A DNA stretch of 32,000 bases from Edaphobacter aggregans. Its GTDB lineage: Bacteria; Acidobacteriota; Terriglobia; Terriglobales; Acidobacteriaceae. The DNA is taken from NCBI RefSeq assembly GCF_003945235.1, contig NZ_RSDW01000001.1:4830001-4862000 (forward strand), given 5' to 3'. Below, one piece after another: positions 18,801-27,042 of the stretch (its first letter is position 1; every line of letters begins with the position of its first letter). The position numbers and the translations under genes are program-made. The notes under the pieces are model-generated. The model did no database searches and was not told where the DNA came from. It saw only the letters and a program-made list of their open reading frames with translations.

Positions 18801-19184
18801 CGCATACACTTCAACCGTAGTAGTTGATGCACCCACTTTTAACTGCAGATCCTGGCGAACGATTTGGCCCACCTGAACTTCAATGTTCGATGTGTTGATC
18901 GTTGTGAACCCCGGCGCCGTGACGCTCAGCGAATAGACTCCCGCCGACACCGGTGTGATCACAAAGTTCCCCGTCGAATCAGTAACCGCACTCTGCACAC
19001 TATTCGTGCCGACATTCGTTACCTTGACGATTGCCTGCGTCACTACCGCGCCCTGGGTGTCGGTGATGCGTCCTACAAACCGTCCCGCTTCCACCTGGCT
19101 GTGGATAGGCATCACCCCAATCCCCAGCAAGAGAACAAGCATCAGCAGATTCCCGGTATCTGTAACAAGCATGCGAACGTTCAT
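15849..19184 (-). CDS. TonB-dependent receptor with N-terminal carboxypeptidase-regulatory-like domain (acidobacterial type)
   Basis: 1111-aa ORF with a signal peptide. GRITDTQGAVVTQAIVKVTNVGTN...TDSTGNFVITPVSAGVYSLSVTAPGFTT is a CarboxypepD_reg domain. The body is rich in beta strands and ends ...RDIQFALKYNF (terminal Phe). Confidence 0.9.
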   Translation of the reverse strand: MNVRMLVTDTGNLLMLVLLLGIGVMPIHSQVEAGRFVGRITDTQGAVVTQAIVKVTNVGTNSVQSAVTDSTGNFVITPVSAGVYSLSVTAPGFTTINTSNIEVQVGQIVRQDLQLKVGASTTTVEVYAETPLLSTDTATMGTVVTNQQLTSLPLNGRGFYRLAELTPGAALLPPTGNSLAIRPEIVNGNTISGIRGSAISFLLDGVDVSEQHQGGTFIQTSIDALQEFSVQQSPYSAEYNRGGAFFNATTKSGTNRFHGGVFEFIRNEKLDARNFFSTTRAILKRNQFGGNIGGPLSIPHLYDGRDKTFFFVAYEGQRLRQGLVVNSIVPTDAQRVGDFTGLGKPIYDPLTTTTVGTTTTRNQINCNGVPNVICPSRITSQASAVLAYIPHANSGAANFKAVPSQAIDYDQFTIRIEHQIGSSNRLFGRWIYVNNRQTDPNAAPLLKTASLTSNGQDIAVGLITNIGANKVQDFRVHYLPSHVRLSAFLQGPDFNAANGIQGFAGLGRPGIGSSFPDYSFSGYAALQGSAFDQRPKSQDRTVFEPTDTFTMLKGRHSLKFGVLVRYYQWIGYDSSNYAGIFNFTGIETQNPTATAANPAGGDAIADFLLGYPASVARAYPGANFGGQRWYHQYFAQDDIRVSDKLTVNLGLRYEYSPWLNGYKGQLGTFDPTKSRPIIVASNTDQVDLTSQYAAPAAYQFFGQYIQTSSQAGLPYSITYTDRTQFAPRIGFSWQPIGNGTVFRGGFGIFYEPEGTSGRVNRNILPFLLLETVNQTQGVVPTRTTANFFLGSPLGSAATNPAILPTLTHLKVGSNQHYSLGVQQQLTPKTFFEIAYVGNHGVHLQSTDDFNDPSPAAGAVQARRPYQPWGTITFQSQDLGTTYQSLQSKIQHRAGNGFTGLIAYTWSKFMQSNQSPALGGNIGFERTYSPFNTPQNLAISGSYELPVGRGRKFMSNGNRAADAVLGGWQVQTIIVLRSGTPYTPVVSSDRANTGVGSQRPNLNPAGGSPTFRKSLTSWFDKTAYVVAPQFTYGQVRANVLQSDAFRQYDASVFKNFSLPGESVLSFRAEFFNLPNTNSFNAPSSTIDASTCCTVTSTSIPSRDIQFALKYNF

Positions 19185-19244
19185 GTCGTTCCTCGTCTGT
19201 GAATTTGTATTGAAACTCTTTCAGACAAACTGCAAGCATCGGCA

Positions 19245-19257
19245 AAGGTAGTACCAA
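19245..19257. promoter_or_regulatory. Candidate GntR/FadR operator copy 1: AAGGTAGTACCAA (dyad GGTA-N-TACC)
   Basis: Identical 13-mer at 19505..19517. It lies 61-73 nt upstream of the receptor start, immediately downstream of a perfect minus-strand TTGACA (19274..19269), so it overlaps the expected -10 position (TACCTT at an 18-nt spacing). Confidence 0.45.
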
Positions 19258-19504
19258 GAAGAAAAACTTGTCAATATAAAATTTTCAAAATAGAGAGTTC
19301 ATGAGCCACACAGCCAACGACCTTATATACATACCGCACCCAAGCAAGCAGACAGCAAATGCCGACAATGCACAGATATTTACAGGGCGATCTAAGGCTT
19401 AGCCCGTCTCGGACGCGGCAAACCAAACCTCGGCCCGCACTCCGTAAGTACCTCCGAAAACAAGAAAATCGACATCACCGGTTGTCATTTTTCGCGCAGA
19501 GCAT

Positions 19505-19517
19505 AAGGTAGTACCAA
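19505..19517. promoter_or_regulatory. Candidate GntR/FadR operator copy 2: AAGGTAGTACCAA
   Basis: Exact repeat of 19245..19257, in the same orientation. It lies about 60-75 nt upstream of the regulator start, preceded by TTGTCA with a 16-nt spacer to TAAGGT. Confidence 0.45.
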
Positions 19518-19592
19518 TGATCATCACCCATAAATGCGCAGGGACGACACATATCGTTTGACATCAAACTTCTCTTGGCACACTATTCAGAA

Positions 19593-20465
19593 ATGAAGGA
19601 ACGTCGAAAGTCCCCGCTCGGCGATGGCGGACACATCCTCAACGACAAAGATGACGTCACACACCTGCTCATCCTCCGCTTCCAGCAACTGCTAAGCGAT
19701 GGAGTTCTGTCTCCCGGCGCGAAGCTGCCGCCTGAGCGTGAACTGGCCGCGGCCTTCGGAGTGGCCCGTTCTTCGCTCCGCCCAGCCCTCAAGGTCCTTG
19801 AGATCATGGGCGTCATCACTCAAAAAGTCGGCGACGGTAGCTACCTCAACAAGGACGCTTCCTCAGTCCTCTCCGTGCCCATGGAGTTTCTTTTTCTCCT
19901 CGACGACACCACACTCCAGGAACTCAGCGAGATGCGCCTTATGATGGAGCCCGGTCTCGCCGCAAAGGCAGCCGAACGCGCCAACGCGCAGCATATCGCA
20001 CTGCTCAGGCAATCGATCGTTGACCTCGAAAACAGCAAGGACGATCGCGTTCGCCTCGTCGCATCGGATCTGCTCTTCCACCGTGCCATATTTCAGGCAT
20101 CAGGCAATCGTCTCGCAGGACGTCTCTTTCATACCATCCACCGCGCGATGTTGAACATGATCATGGTGACGTCTCAACTAGTCGACCTGGAACATACTCT
20201 TCACTTCCATCGGCCAATTTTGGTCGCAATTGAACGGCGCGACGCAGAGCTGGCCTCACGACTCATGACAGACCATCTGATCGATGCGCGTGACCTTTTA
20301 CTTCACAGCCGTGAACAGGAGAGTTCCCGCCAGCTACGCAATCACCTCGCCGCCGGTATGTCGGTCCGCAAACGTGCTTCCAAAACCGTTCCTCAGTCAT
20401 CTGCCGGCCAAACCAAGGTGCCAAAGACCATTGCTGCCATCCGTTCTTCGAGCAGGTTGATTTAA
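19593..20465 (+). CDS. GntR family transcriptional regulator, FadR subfamily (wHTH + FCD domain)
   Basis: The ORF is open from TTG 19575 and the first ATG is at 19593. LPPERELAAAFGVARSSLRPALKVLEIMGVITQKVGDGSYL is the GntR wHTH. An FCD-like helical domain follows (LSEMRLMMEPGLAAKAAERA...FHRAIFQASGN...HRPILVAIERRDAELA), then a ~45-aa basic/Ser-rich tail. Confidence 0.88.
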   Translation: MKERRKSPLGDGGHILNDKDDVTHLLILRFQQLLSDGVLSPGAKLPPERELAAAFGVARSSLRPALKVLEIMGVITQKVGDGSYLNKDASSVLSVPMEFLFLLDDTTLQELSEMRLMMEPGLAAKAAERANAQHIALLRQSIVDLENSKDDRVRLVASDLLFHRAIFQASGNRLAGRLFHTIHRAMLNMIMVTSQLVDLEHTLHFHRPILVAIERRDAELASRLMTDHLIDARDLLLHSREQESSRQLRNHLAAGMSVRKRASKTVPQSSAGQTKVPKTIAAIRSSSRLI

Positions 20466-20716
20466 GCACGCGCGTAAGGGGTTGAATACGCTCTCTCGGA
20501 GATGTCGGGGCGATAAAGGATACGCCGGCTATCCGCCCCCCCCAGGTCTGCAGATCGATGGCAGCGTTGACGCGACACCCTGACCGTGCAACAAACGAGG
20601 GCATATGCATCAAGACAGTGCGGATCGATTTTTCATGCACTTGCGGAATAATTATTTTGATGCGCTGCTTTCGAGAGCGATCCCCCTGCCAGAGGCTTAC
20701 TCGAAAAAGAAGTGTT

Positions 20717-20742
20717 AGGGCTGACCCGCCACAATCAGCCCT
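20717..20742 (-). terminator. Possible intrinsic terminator downstream of the first ADOP permease
   Basis: 8-bp GC-rich stem AGGGCTGA / TCAGCCCT with a 10-nt loop. Read on the minus strand it is followed by AACACTTCTTTTTC. It sits about 165 nt past the permease stop, between convergent genes. Confidence 0.3.
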
Positions 20743-20907
20743 CTGCCCACAGTTAAAGATTTGGTGGCAATTTGGTGCCACATAGCCGGAATACCGGTTT
20801 ATACCACTTTGCCGGCTTATAACCTATTGCGCGGCTCTTCAGAATCTTCGAATGAACGAAGAGTTTGTTGGGCAGCAAAGGGGCAAGCGTTTTTTTGAAG
20901 GCGCAGT

Positions 20908-23457
20908 TCATTCGACGCGCAAGGCCTGCACGGGATCGATGGAGGCCGCGCGGCGCGCCGGAATGATGCCGGCAATGGCCGCCGCAAGCACCAGTACCCC
21001 GATGGCGGTAGTCATGGCCGGCACGTTCACGTGGGTGATCTCAAAAAGCTGCGATTTGACATACCGCACGCAGAAGATTGCCACGGGGATACCGATAGCG
21101 AGGCCGACGAGGGTCTGCAGCATGGCTCCGCGTATGACCATTCCGATGACGCGGCTGCGCGCTGCTCCCAGGGCCATACGGATGCCGATCTCCGGCGTGC
21201 GGCGGACTACGGTATAGGACGTGACGCCATAAAGACCGATGGCGGCGAGCAGAAGGGCTAGCAGGCCAAAGAGGGAAGTGAGGCGGGCAATCAGTCGCTC
21301 TTCGATGAAGCGGTCCTGAATCTGCTGCTGGAATGTCTGGAACTTTACGATAGTTAGGTTGGGGTTGATGCTCGCGAGGGTGTCGCCAACGATCTTTTCA
21401 AAGCCAGCTATGGGACGGGCGGTCTGGATGACGATGGCTCCGGCATACATGGATTGATCTTTTTCGAGAGGATTGTCCGCGTCGGGAATGCCAGCGGGCT
21501 GTGTAAGAGGGAGAAAGTACATGGCGTGGTCTTTCCAATAGACACTTGTGTAGGTGGTATCTTCCACCACACCAACGATTTCATGCGCCCCATCCTGTGG
21601 GGTTTTGGCCGGACCGGAAAAGCCAAAGTAATGGCCGATGGGACTGCGCTTGCCGAAGAACTGCTTGGCGAATTCCTGATTGACGACGGCCACTGGCGGT
21701 GCATTCATCCTGTCTTGCAATGTGAAGCCACGGCCCATGGCGACACGTGTACCGACAGAGTCGAAGTACTCAGGGGTGGCTTTCACCCACGAAGCGCCTT
21801 TGTTCAGGTCTGGCTCTCCCTGAATTTTTACTCCAGATCCCCAGTTGTTCTGCTCCATTGGAGTGTAGGTGGCAAGGCCGACTTTGAGAACGCCTCGAAT
21901 GGCGTGGAAGCTGTCTTCAATGGTTTGGTAGAGGGGTTCAACCTCTGTGTTTTTGTAGCCGGCTGCCTGTGGATTGATGTGGACGATGTAGCGGTTTGTT
22001 GTGTCCAGTTTCATGTCGACATTTTCGGCTTTATTGAGGCTCTGCGCAAAAAGCCCTGCAGCAACAAGAAGAACGAGGGAAAGGGCTGCCTGCAGGACGA
22101 CGAGCGAGCGCTGCAGGAGAGATGCTCCGTGGGCGGTCGTGCGTGCGTTGGAGCGCAGGGCTTCAGCAGGCTGCGTGCGCGCTGCCATTACCGCAGGAGC
22201 AAGACCAAAGAGGACGCCCGTAACGAGCGAAAGCACGAAGGCAAAACCGATGACGAGCGGTGAAGGCGCGGCATTGATCGGCATATTGTGTTGGTTAGGG
22301 AAAGCGAGCGCCAGCAGCGCGTGCGCTCCGATATAGGAGACGGCGAGGCCGAGGAGGCCGCCCAAGCCCGAAAGAAGTACACTTTCCGTCAGCAGCTGAC
22401 GCACAATGCGGCTGCGCCGAGCGCCGAGCGCCGAGCGAATGGACAGTTCGGCCCTGCGGCTCATGCCTCGCACCAGGAGCAGGTTGGCGATATTGGCACA
22501 GGCCACGAGAAGGACAAGCGCGGCGATCCATTGCAGCAGCTTCAGGTGGTCCTTGTAGCCGTCCTGCATGTTCTGGATACCTCCACCTCCGGGTGTAAGC
22601 ACAACATGGGTGCGAGGAAGAGCCTTCTGAGCGCGCTGATCGGTAAATGTCTTGAGCGGCGCAAACTGCTGCTTGAGCAGCGTGCTGGCCTTGGCCTGAA
22701 GAGCGGCCAGAGGGGTTCCCGGCTTGATGCGACCGATGATGTATGCCCACTGAGCGTCGGGATCATTGAAATAAGGCGCGCCGATGACGGTATCCATCGA
22801 ATTCATAGGAAGGAAGTACTTGGGCGGATTGGTATCGATGCGGTCACCATAAAATCCCTTTGGCGCAACACCAATAACGATGGCCGGCTTGGTATTGATG
22901 TAGAACGCGCTTCCCACCACGCTCGGATCGCCTACATAGTCCTGCTGCCATGCGTCGTAGCTCATAACTGCGGTAATGGGTGCGCCCTTCTGGTCGTCGG
23001 CATCCACAAGGAGTCGGCCCGCTGCCGGCGAAAGACCAAAGACGCGGAAGTAGTTGCCCGAGACGAAGGTTGCCATGACGGACTTCGCAACTGTCTGCGG
23101 TCCGGCGCGACGGACAGTGATAGGTCGCCAGGCATAGCCGGATTCCATTGCGGCCAGCTCTTCGAACTCCGGCAGGTTCTTCTTGAACATGTAGTAGGTG
23201 TCTGTAGAGAAGAGCGCGTAATCGCCCTTGTCATTCCATCCGCTATTGACGCAGCAGTCATCGGTGTCACCGATGCGCACAAGGGTATGGGGGTCAACTA
23301 CCGGCAGGTTATGCAGCAGGATGGCATTGACCAGCGTAAAGATGGCTGAGTTGGCGCCGATGCCCAGGGCCAGTGTCAGCAAAACTGTAATGGTAAAGCC
23401 GGGAGTCTTGCGTAATTGGCGAAACGCATAATCCAGATCCTGCAGAAGAACTCTCAT
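20908..23457 (-). CDS. ADOP-family (acidobacterial duplicated orphan permease) MacB/FtsX-like ABC transporter permease
   Basis: 849-aa ORF with a GGAGG RBS. The N-terminus [48 protein letters not shown] is typical of the family. There are two MacB_PCD + FtsX repeats ([23 protein letters not shown] and [23 protein letters not shown]). The C-terminus is [15 protein letters not shown]. Confidence 0.9.
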   Translation of the reverse strand: MRVLLQDLDYAFRQLRKTPGFTITVLLTLALGIGANSAIFTLVNAILLHNLPVVDPHTLVRIGDTDDCCVNSGWNDKGDYALFSTDTYYMFKKNLPEFEELAAMESGYAWRPITVRRAGPQTVAKSVMATFVSGNYFRVFGLSPAAGRLLVDADDQKGAPITAVMSYDAWQQDYVGDPSVVGSAFYINTKPAIVIGVAPKGFYGDRIDTNPPKYFLPMNSMDTVIGAPYFNDPDAQWAYIIGRIKPGTPLAALQAKASTLLKQQFAPLKTFTDQRAQKALPRTHVVLTPGGGGIQNMQDGYKDHLKLLQWIAALVLLVACANIANLLLVRGMSRRAELSIRSALGARRSRIVRQLLTESVLLSGLGGLLGLAVSYIGAHALLALAFPNQHNMPINAAPSPLVIGFAFVLSLVTGVLFGLAPAVMAARTQPAEALRSNARTTAHGASLLQRSLVVLQAALSLVLLVAAGLFAQSLNKAENVDMKLDTTNRYIVHINPQAAGYKNTEVEPLYQTIEDSFHAIRGVLKVGLATYTPMEQNNWGSGVKIQGEPDLNKGASWVKATPEYFDSVGTRVAMGRGFTLQDRMNAPPVAVVNQEFAKQFFGKRSPIGHYFGFSGPAKTPQDGAHEIVGVVEDTTYTSVYWKDHAMYFLPLTQPAGIPDADNPLEKDQSMYAGAIVIQTARPIAGFEKIVGDTLASINPNLTIVKFQTFQQQIQDRFIEERLIARLTSLFGLLALLLAAIGLYGVTSYTVVRRTPEIGIRMALGAARSRVIGMVIRGAMLQTLVGLAIGIPVAIFCVRYVKSQLFEITHVNVPAMTTAIGVLVLAAAIAGIIPARRAASIDPVQALRVE

Positions 23458-23751
23458 CGCATAACCTCCACGTTGCCCTGCACAGAAGAAAGCAAATCAC
23501 GATTCGCTGGAATTCTGCGCTAGCCGCTTGAAATCAGAAAGTCATGGAGCAGGAATATACGAAGATGTTCGTAGCTGTCAATCGAATTTGACCATGAATT
23601 ACGTTACGTTCACTCCGACAAAATAGTTCAAGAATACGATCGCTATTTCACTCTCGACCGGTGTATCCAAAGCGAGTCACTCATCGGACGTCGGCCTAAG
23701 CATCTTTTGCGACGCCGAGTCCTACCTCCTCTTTTCAAAGAGGTCCAAGGA

Positions 23752-23766
23752 TGTAGATTATCTACA
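23752..23766. promoter_or_regulatory. 15-bp palindrome TGTAGAT-T-ATCTACA, candidate PadR operator
   Basis: A 7-1-7 dyad, 42 nt upstream of the PadR start, in the 350-bp divergent region shared with the first ADOP gene. A second small dyad, CCTCTTT-TC-AAAGAGG, lies at 23727..23742. Confidence 0.4.
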
Positions 23767-23807
23767 CACCTCTCGCCAAATACCGCGAGGGTAACGGGAG
23801 TTCACCC

Positions 23808-24158
23808 TTGGCACGCAAGTCAGGCTACAAGAACCGCATCGAGCTCGTTCAGGGAACCCTCGACATGCTGATCCTTCAGACCCTCCAGTGGGGACCGCAG
23901 CATGGCTATGGCATTGTTCAAGCCCTGCACACGCATTCCGGTGAAATACTCCAGGTCGAGACCGGCTCACTCTACCCCGCACTTCATCGCCTCGAGCGCC
24001 AGGGCTGGGTACGCTCCCAGTGGAGACTCACCGAAAGCAACCAGCGGGCCCGCTTCTACCAGATCACCGCCGCCGGCAAAAAACAACTCGCCTCAGACCA
24101 CGATCGCTGGCAACAGGTTGTCGGCGCCATCGCCGCTATCATGCAAACCAAACCCTAG
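23808..24158 (+). CDS. PadR family transcriptional regulator (acidobacterial PadR subgroup)
   Basis: 116-aa ORF with a TTG start. LVQGTLDMLILQTLQWGPQHGYGIVQALHTHSGEILQVETGSLYPALHRLERQGWVRSQW is the canonical PadR wHTH. Its stop is 9 nt before the next permease ATG. Confidence 0.9.
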   Translation: MARKSGYKNRIELVQGTLDMLILQTLQWGPQHGYGIVQALHTHSGEILQVETGSLYPALHRLERQGWVRSQWRLTESNQRARFYQITAAGKKQLASDHDRWQQVVGAIAAIMQTKP

Positions 24159-24167
24159 GAGCTCACC

Positions 24168-26837
24168 ATGAGACTCTGGCGCCCCCGCGCAAACGATGTC
24201 GACGAAGAGATCGCTACCCACATCTCCATAGCCACTGCCGACCGCATTGCCCGCGGTACATCTCCCGAGGAAGCCCGCCCCGCCGCTCTCCGCGAGTTCG
24301 GCAATCCACTCCTCGTCGGCGAAACTACGCGCCGCATGTGGGCAGGTGAGTGGCTCGAACATATCCTGCAGGACATCCGCTATGCCTGGCGCCAAATGCG
24401 CCGCTCCCCCGCGTTCACCCTCACCGTCATTGCCATCCTCGCACTCGGCCTCGGCGCCACCCTCGCCATGTTCACCGTCGTCGAGAACGTTTTGCTTCAG
24501 GTCCTTCCTTACCGAGATGCGCACCACCTCGTAACCATCTACGAGTTTGGACGGCGTGGCGATCAACCCCGCGTTCCCTGGCTCGACATACAGCAGTGGC
24601 GGTCCAGCTCGCGCTCTTTCGAATCCATCGGCTTCTACCGTGCCGCCAACGGACGTTCCTTTCTCGAAGGCGACAGCGGTGCCCAACAGGTCAGTCATCA
24701 ACTCGTCAGCACGAACCTCTTCCACGTCCTTGGCATCAGTCCCGCCCTCGGCTCCGGCGTCACAAGCACCCCCGAAGGCTTCGCCAACACGGGCGACGAG
24801 CAAACCGTCATCCTCAGCGACTCCGTCTGGCGTGACTACTTCGGCGCCCGTCAGGATGTCATTGGACGCACAGTCAAAATCAGTGGCAAACCTTACACGG
24901 TCGTCGGGGTCATGCCGCGCGGCTTCGCTCTTCCCCTGCCAGCCACAAGCCTCGAAATCTGGACACCCGTTGCACTTCAGCCGGAAGACGATGACCGCAT
25001 AGGGCAGACTCCCTTTTACAGCGTTATAGCGCGCCTCAACACCACAGCGACTCTTAGCTCTGCACAGGCCGAGATCAAGACACTTCAGCCTCAGGTGGCT
25101 GCTCAATACACCGATCAGTATCGCCGAGACCTCGTCACCTCAGCTGGCATCAACGACTACGCAGGCTCCCTCGTCAAGCCTGAGGTCCTCCACACTCTTC
25201 TCGCCCTCTTCGCCGCCTCGGCACTCCTCTGGATCATCGCCTGCGTCAACGTCGCCGCCCTTCTCCTGGCCCGTGGCACCGTGCGTCAGCGTGAGATCGC
25301 CGTTCGGGGAGCACTCGGAGCCGGTCGCCTCCGCATCGTCCAGCAACTCCTTCTCGAAGGTCTCATGCTCAGCTTCGGCGGTTCACTCCTCGGCCTCGGG
25401 GTCGCCTTCGGTCTTTTGAGTCTCTTCGCGCACGGCCTCTCCATGGAGCTCAACCTTCATCACGCCACTCCCGGCTGGCGATCCATCGCGGTGCTCCTCG
25501 CCCTCACCCTCTTCAGCGCGCTTGTATCTGCACTCTGGCCCGCGCTCTCCAGCGCACGCACCTCCATCGAACCCGCCCTTCGTCAGGGAGCGCCTCAGTC
25601 CGGCGTCAGTCGCGCCCAGCGCTGTACCCGCTCGCTCTTGGTCGTCACCCAGATCTCCCTCGCCCTCGTTCTCCTCGTCTCCTGCGGCCTCCTTCTCCGA
25701 ACCATCTACATTCTCCGCCATGTCCCTCTAGGCTTCCGTACGGACAACATCCTCGTCGGCAGTATGGCCATCCCCTCTTACCGCTTCGCCGATCAAGACC
25801 TCAATACCACCCTCTACGCGCCCTTACTCCAACGCATCCGCGCTGTGCCCGGCGTCGAAGCCGCAAACCTCATGACCGAAGTTCCCCTCGGCCATCACTT
25901 CAACATGGTCTTCTCCTTCTCCGCAGAAGGAAACTCCGCTGACGCCGTTCGCCGTCGCGATATTCGTGCTCAGTTCCGCGCCGTCAACTCCGACGCTCAG
26001 CGCGTCTTGGGCTTCACCATGCTTCGCGGCCGCTACTTCAATCAGGACGACACTGCTGGCTCGCAGGCCGTCGTCGTCGTCAACCGTGAGTTTGTCAAGC
26101 AGTACTCCCAATCCCATGACCCCGATAAGGTCATGGGTCAGAGCCTCATGGGTTTCGCTAAAGACCGCCGCGCCATCGTTGTCGGCATCCTCGACGACAC
26201 GCGTCAGATCTCCATCACCGAGCAGCCCGTGCCGGAGATACAAGTCTACTTCCCGCAACTCACGCCAACATCCGGAACCTATCAGGCGGCCGGAGGCGTC
26301 GCCATGTCACTCGCTCTCCGAACCAGCCGCAACCCATCCTCCATCGTTCCCGAACTGCGCGCCATCATGACCCACGCCAGCCCCGAGCTCGCCAACACCG
26401 AATTCACAACCATGACCCAGATCTTCGAGGACTCCTAGGGCAGCCAGCAGCTCGTCTCTCGCCTCCTTATCGTCTTTGGAGGCTCAGCGCTTCTCCTGTG
26501 CCTCTCAGGCCTCTACGGTCTCCTCGCTCAACTCGTCACCCAGCGCACCCACGAGATAGGCGTCCGGATCGCCCTTGGAGCCCGCCGCAGCCAGATCGTC
26601 TATCTCATCCTGGGCTACGCTTCCCGCCTCCTCCTCACCGGGGCACTCATCGGCCTCGCCCTCGCTTGGCTCTCCACTCGCCTCGTCGCCGGCTTCCTCT
26701 ACGACGTCCACCCCCATGACACCCTCACCGTGGTCTCGGTGGCCTTACTCCTGGCCATAGGAGGACTCGCCGCGGCTTCCATCCCCGCTGCCCGGGCCGC
26801 CAGCATTGACCCCGTGGAAGCCCTCCGTTCTGGATAA
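24168..26837 (+). pseudogene. ADOP-family MacB/FtsX-like permease interrupted by a single in-frame TAG (codon 757 of 889)
   Basis: The 756-aa ORF ends ...MTQIFEDS at TAG 26436..26438. The same frame continues GSQQLVSRLLIVFGGSALLLCLSGLYGLLAQLVTQRTHEIGVRIALGARRSQIVYLILGYA...[16 protein letters not shown] to TAA 26835..26837. That continuation is the final FtsX four-helix module, which the family requires. Confidence 0.85.
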
Positions 26838-27042
26838 AATCTTTCAGGAGCAACTTCGACGGTCAGACCCGTTGAATGCGTATGCAGTTTTGTACCATCG
26901 CAGAATTGTTCTCAAAAGGAACGGTGTCACGTGAGGAAGCAAATGATTGGCTGAACCCCGCCGATTAACTAGAGAAGAGCCGGCTCGCCCTCTCTTCCGC
27001 CACTCATTGGCCTACGCCCCCACGCAAAATTTCCTAAGCACA

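Noticed and set aside
22415-22435. Heptanucleotide CGCCGAG repeated three times inside the first ADOP gene, considered as a possible slipped-strand phase-variation tract
   Set aside because: There are only three copies. They are in frame as a unit (21 nt) and encode the conserved SALGARR motif, so the repeat is most likely a by-product of codon choice.
21454-23349. Two long plus-strand ORFs (269 aa and 353 aa)
   Set aside because: They are antisense to the intact 849-aa ADOP permease, Arg/Gly/His-rich and without motifs. They are shadow ORFs.
24093-25106. 337-aa minus-strand ORF, rich in Asp/Gly/Ala/Glu
   Set aside because: It lies entirely antisense to the well-supported ADOP permease in a region of strong third-position bias. 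This is a typical GC-rich shadow frame with low-complexity composition.
19575-26837. Plus-strand genes (GntR, PadR, second ADOP) use overwhelmingly C-ending codons (e.g. Leu = CTC), whereas minus-strand genes prefer G-ending codons. I considered this as a sign of horizontal acquisition.
   Set aside because: Both patterns make the same physical (plus) strand C-rich. The difference is better explained by replication-associated GC skew, with the plus strand as the lagging strand and most genes on the leading strand, than by foreign origin.
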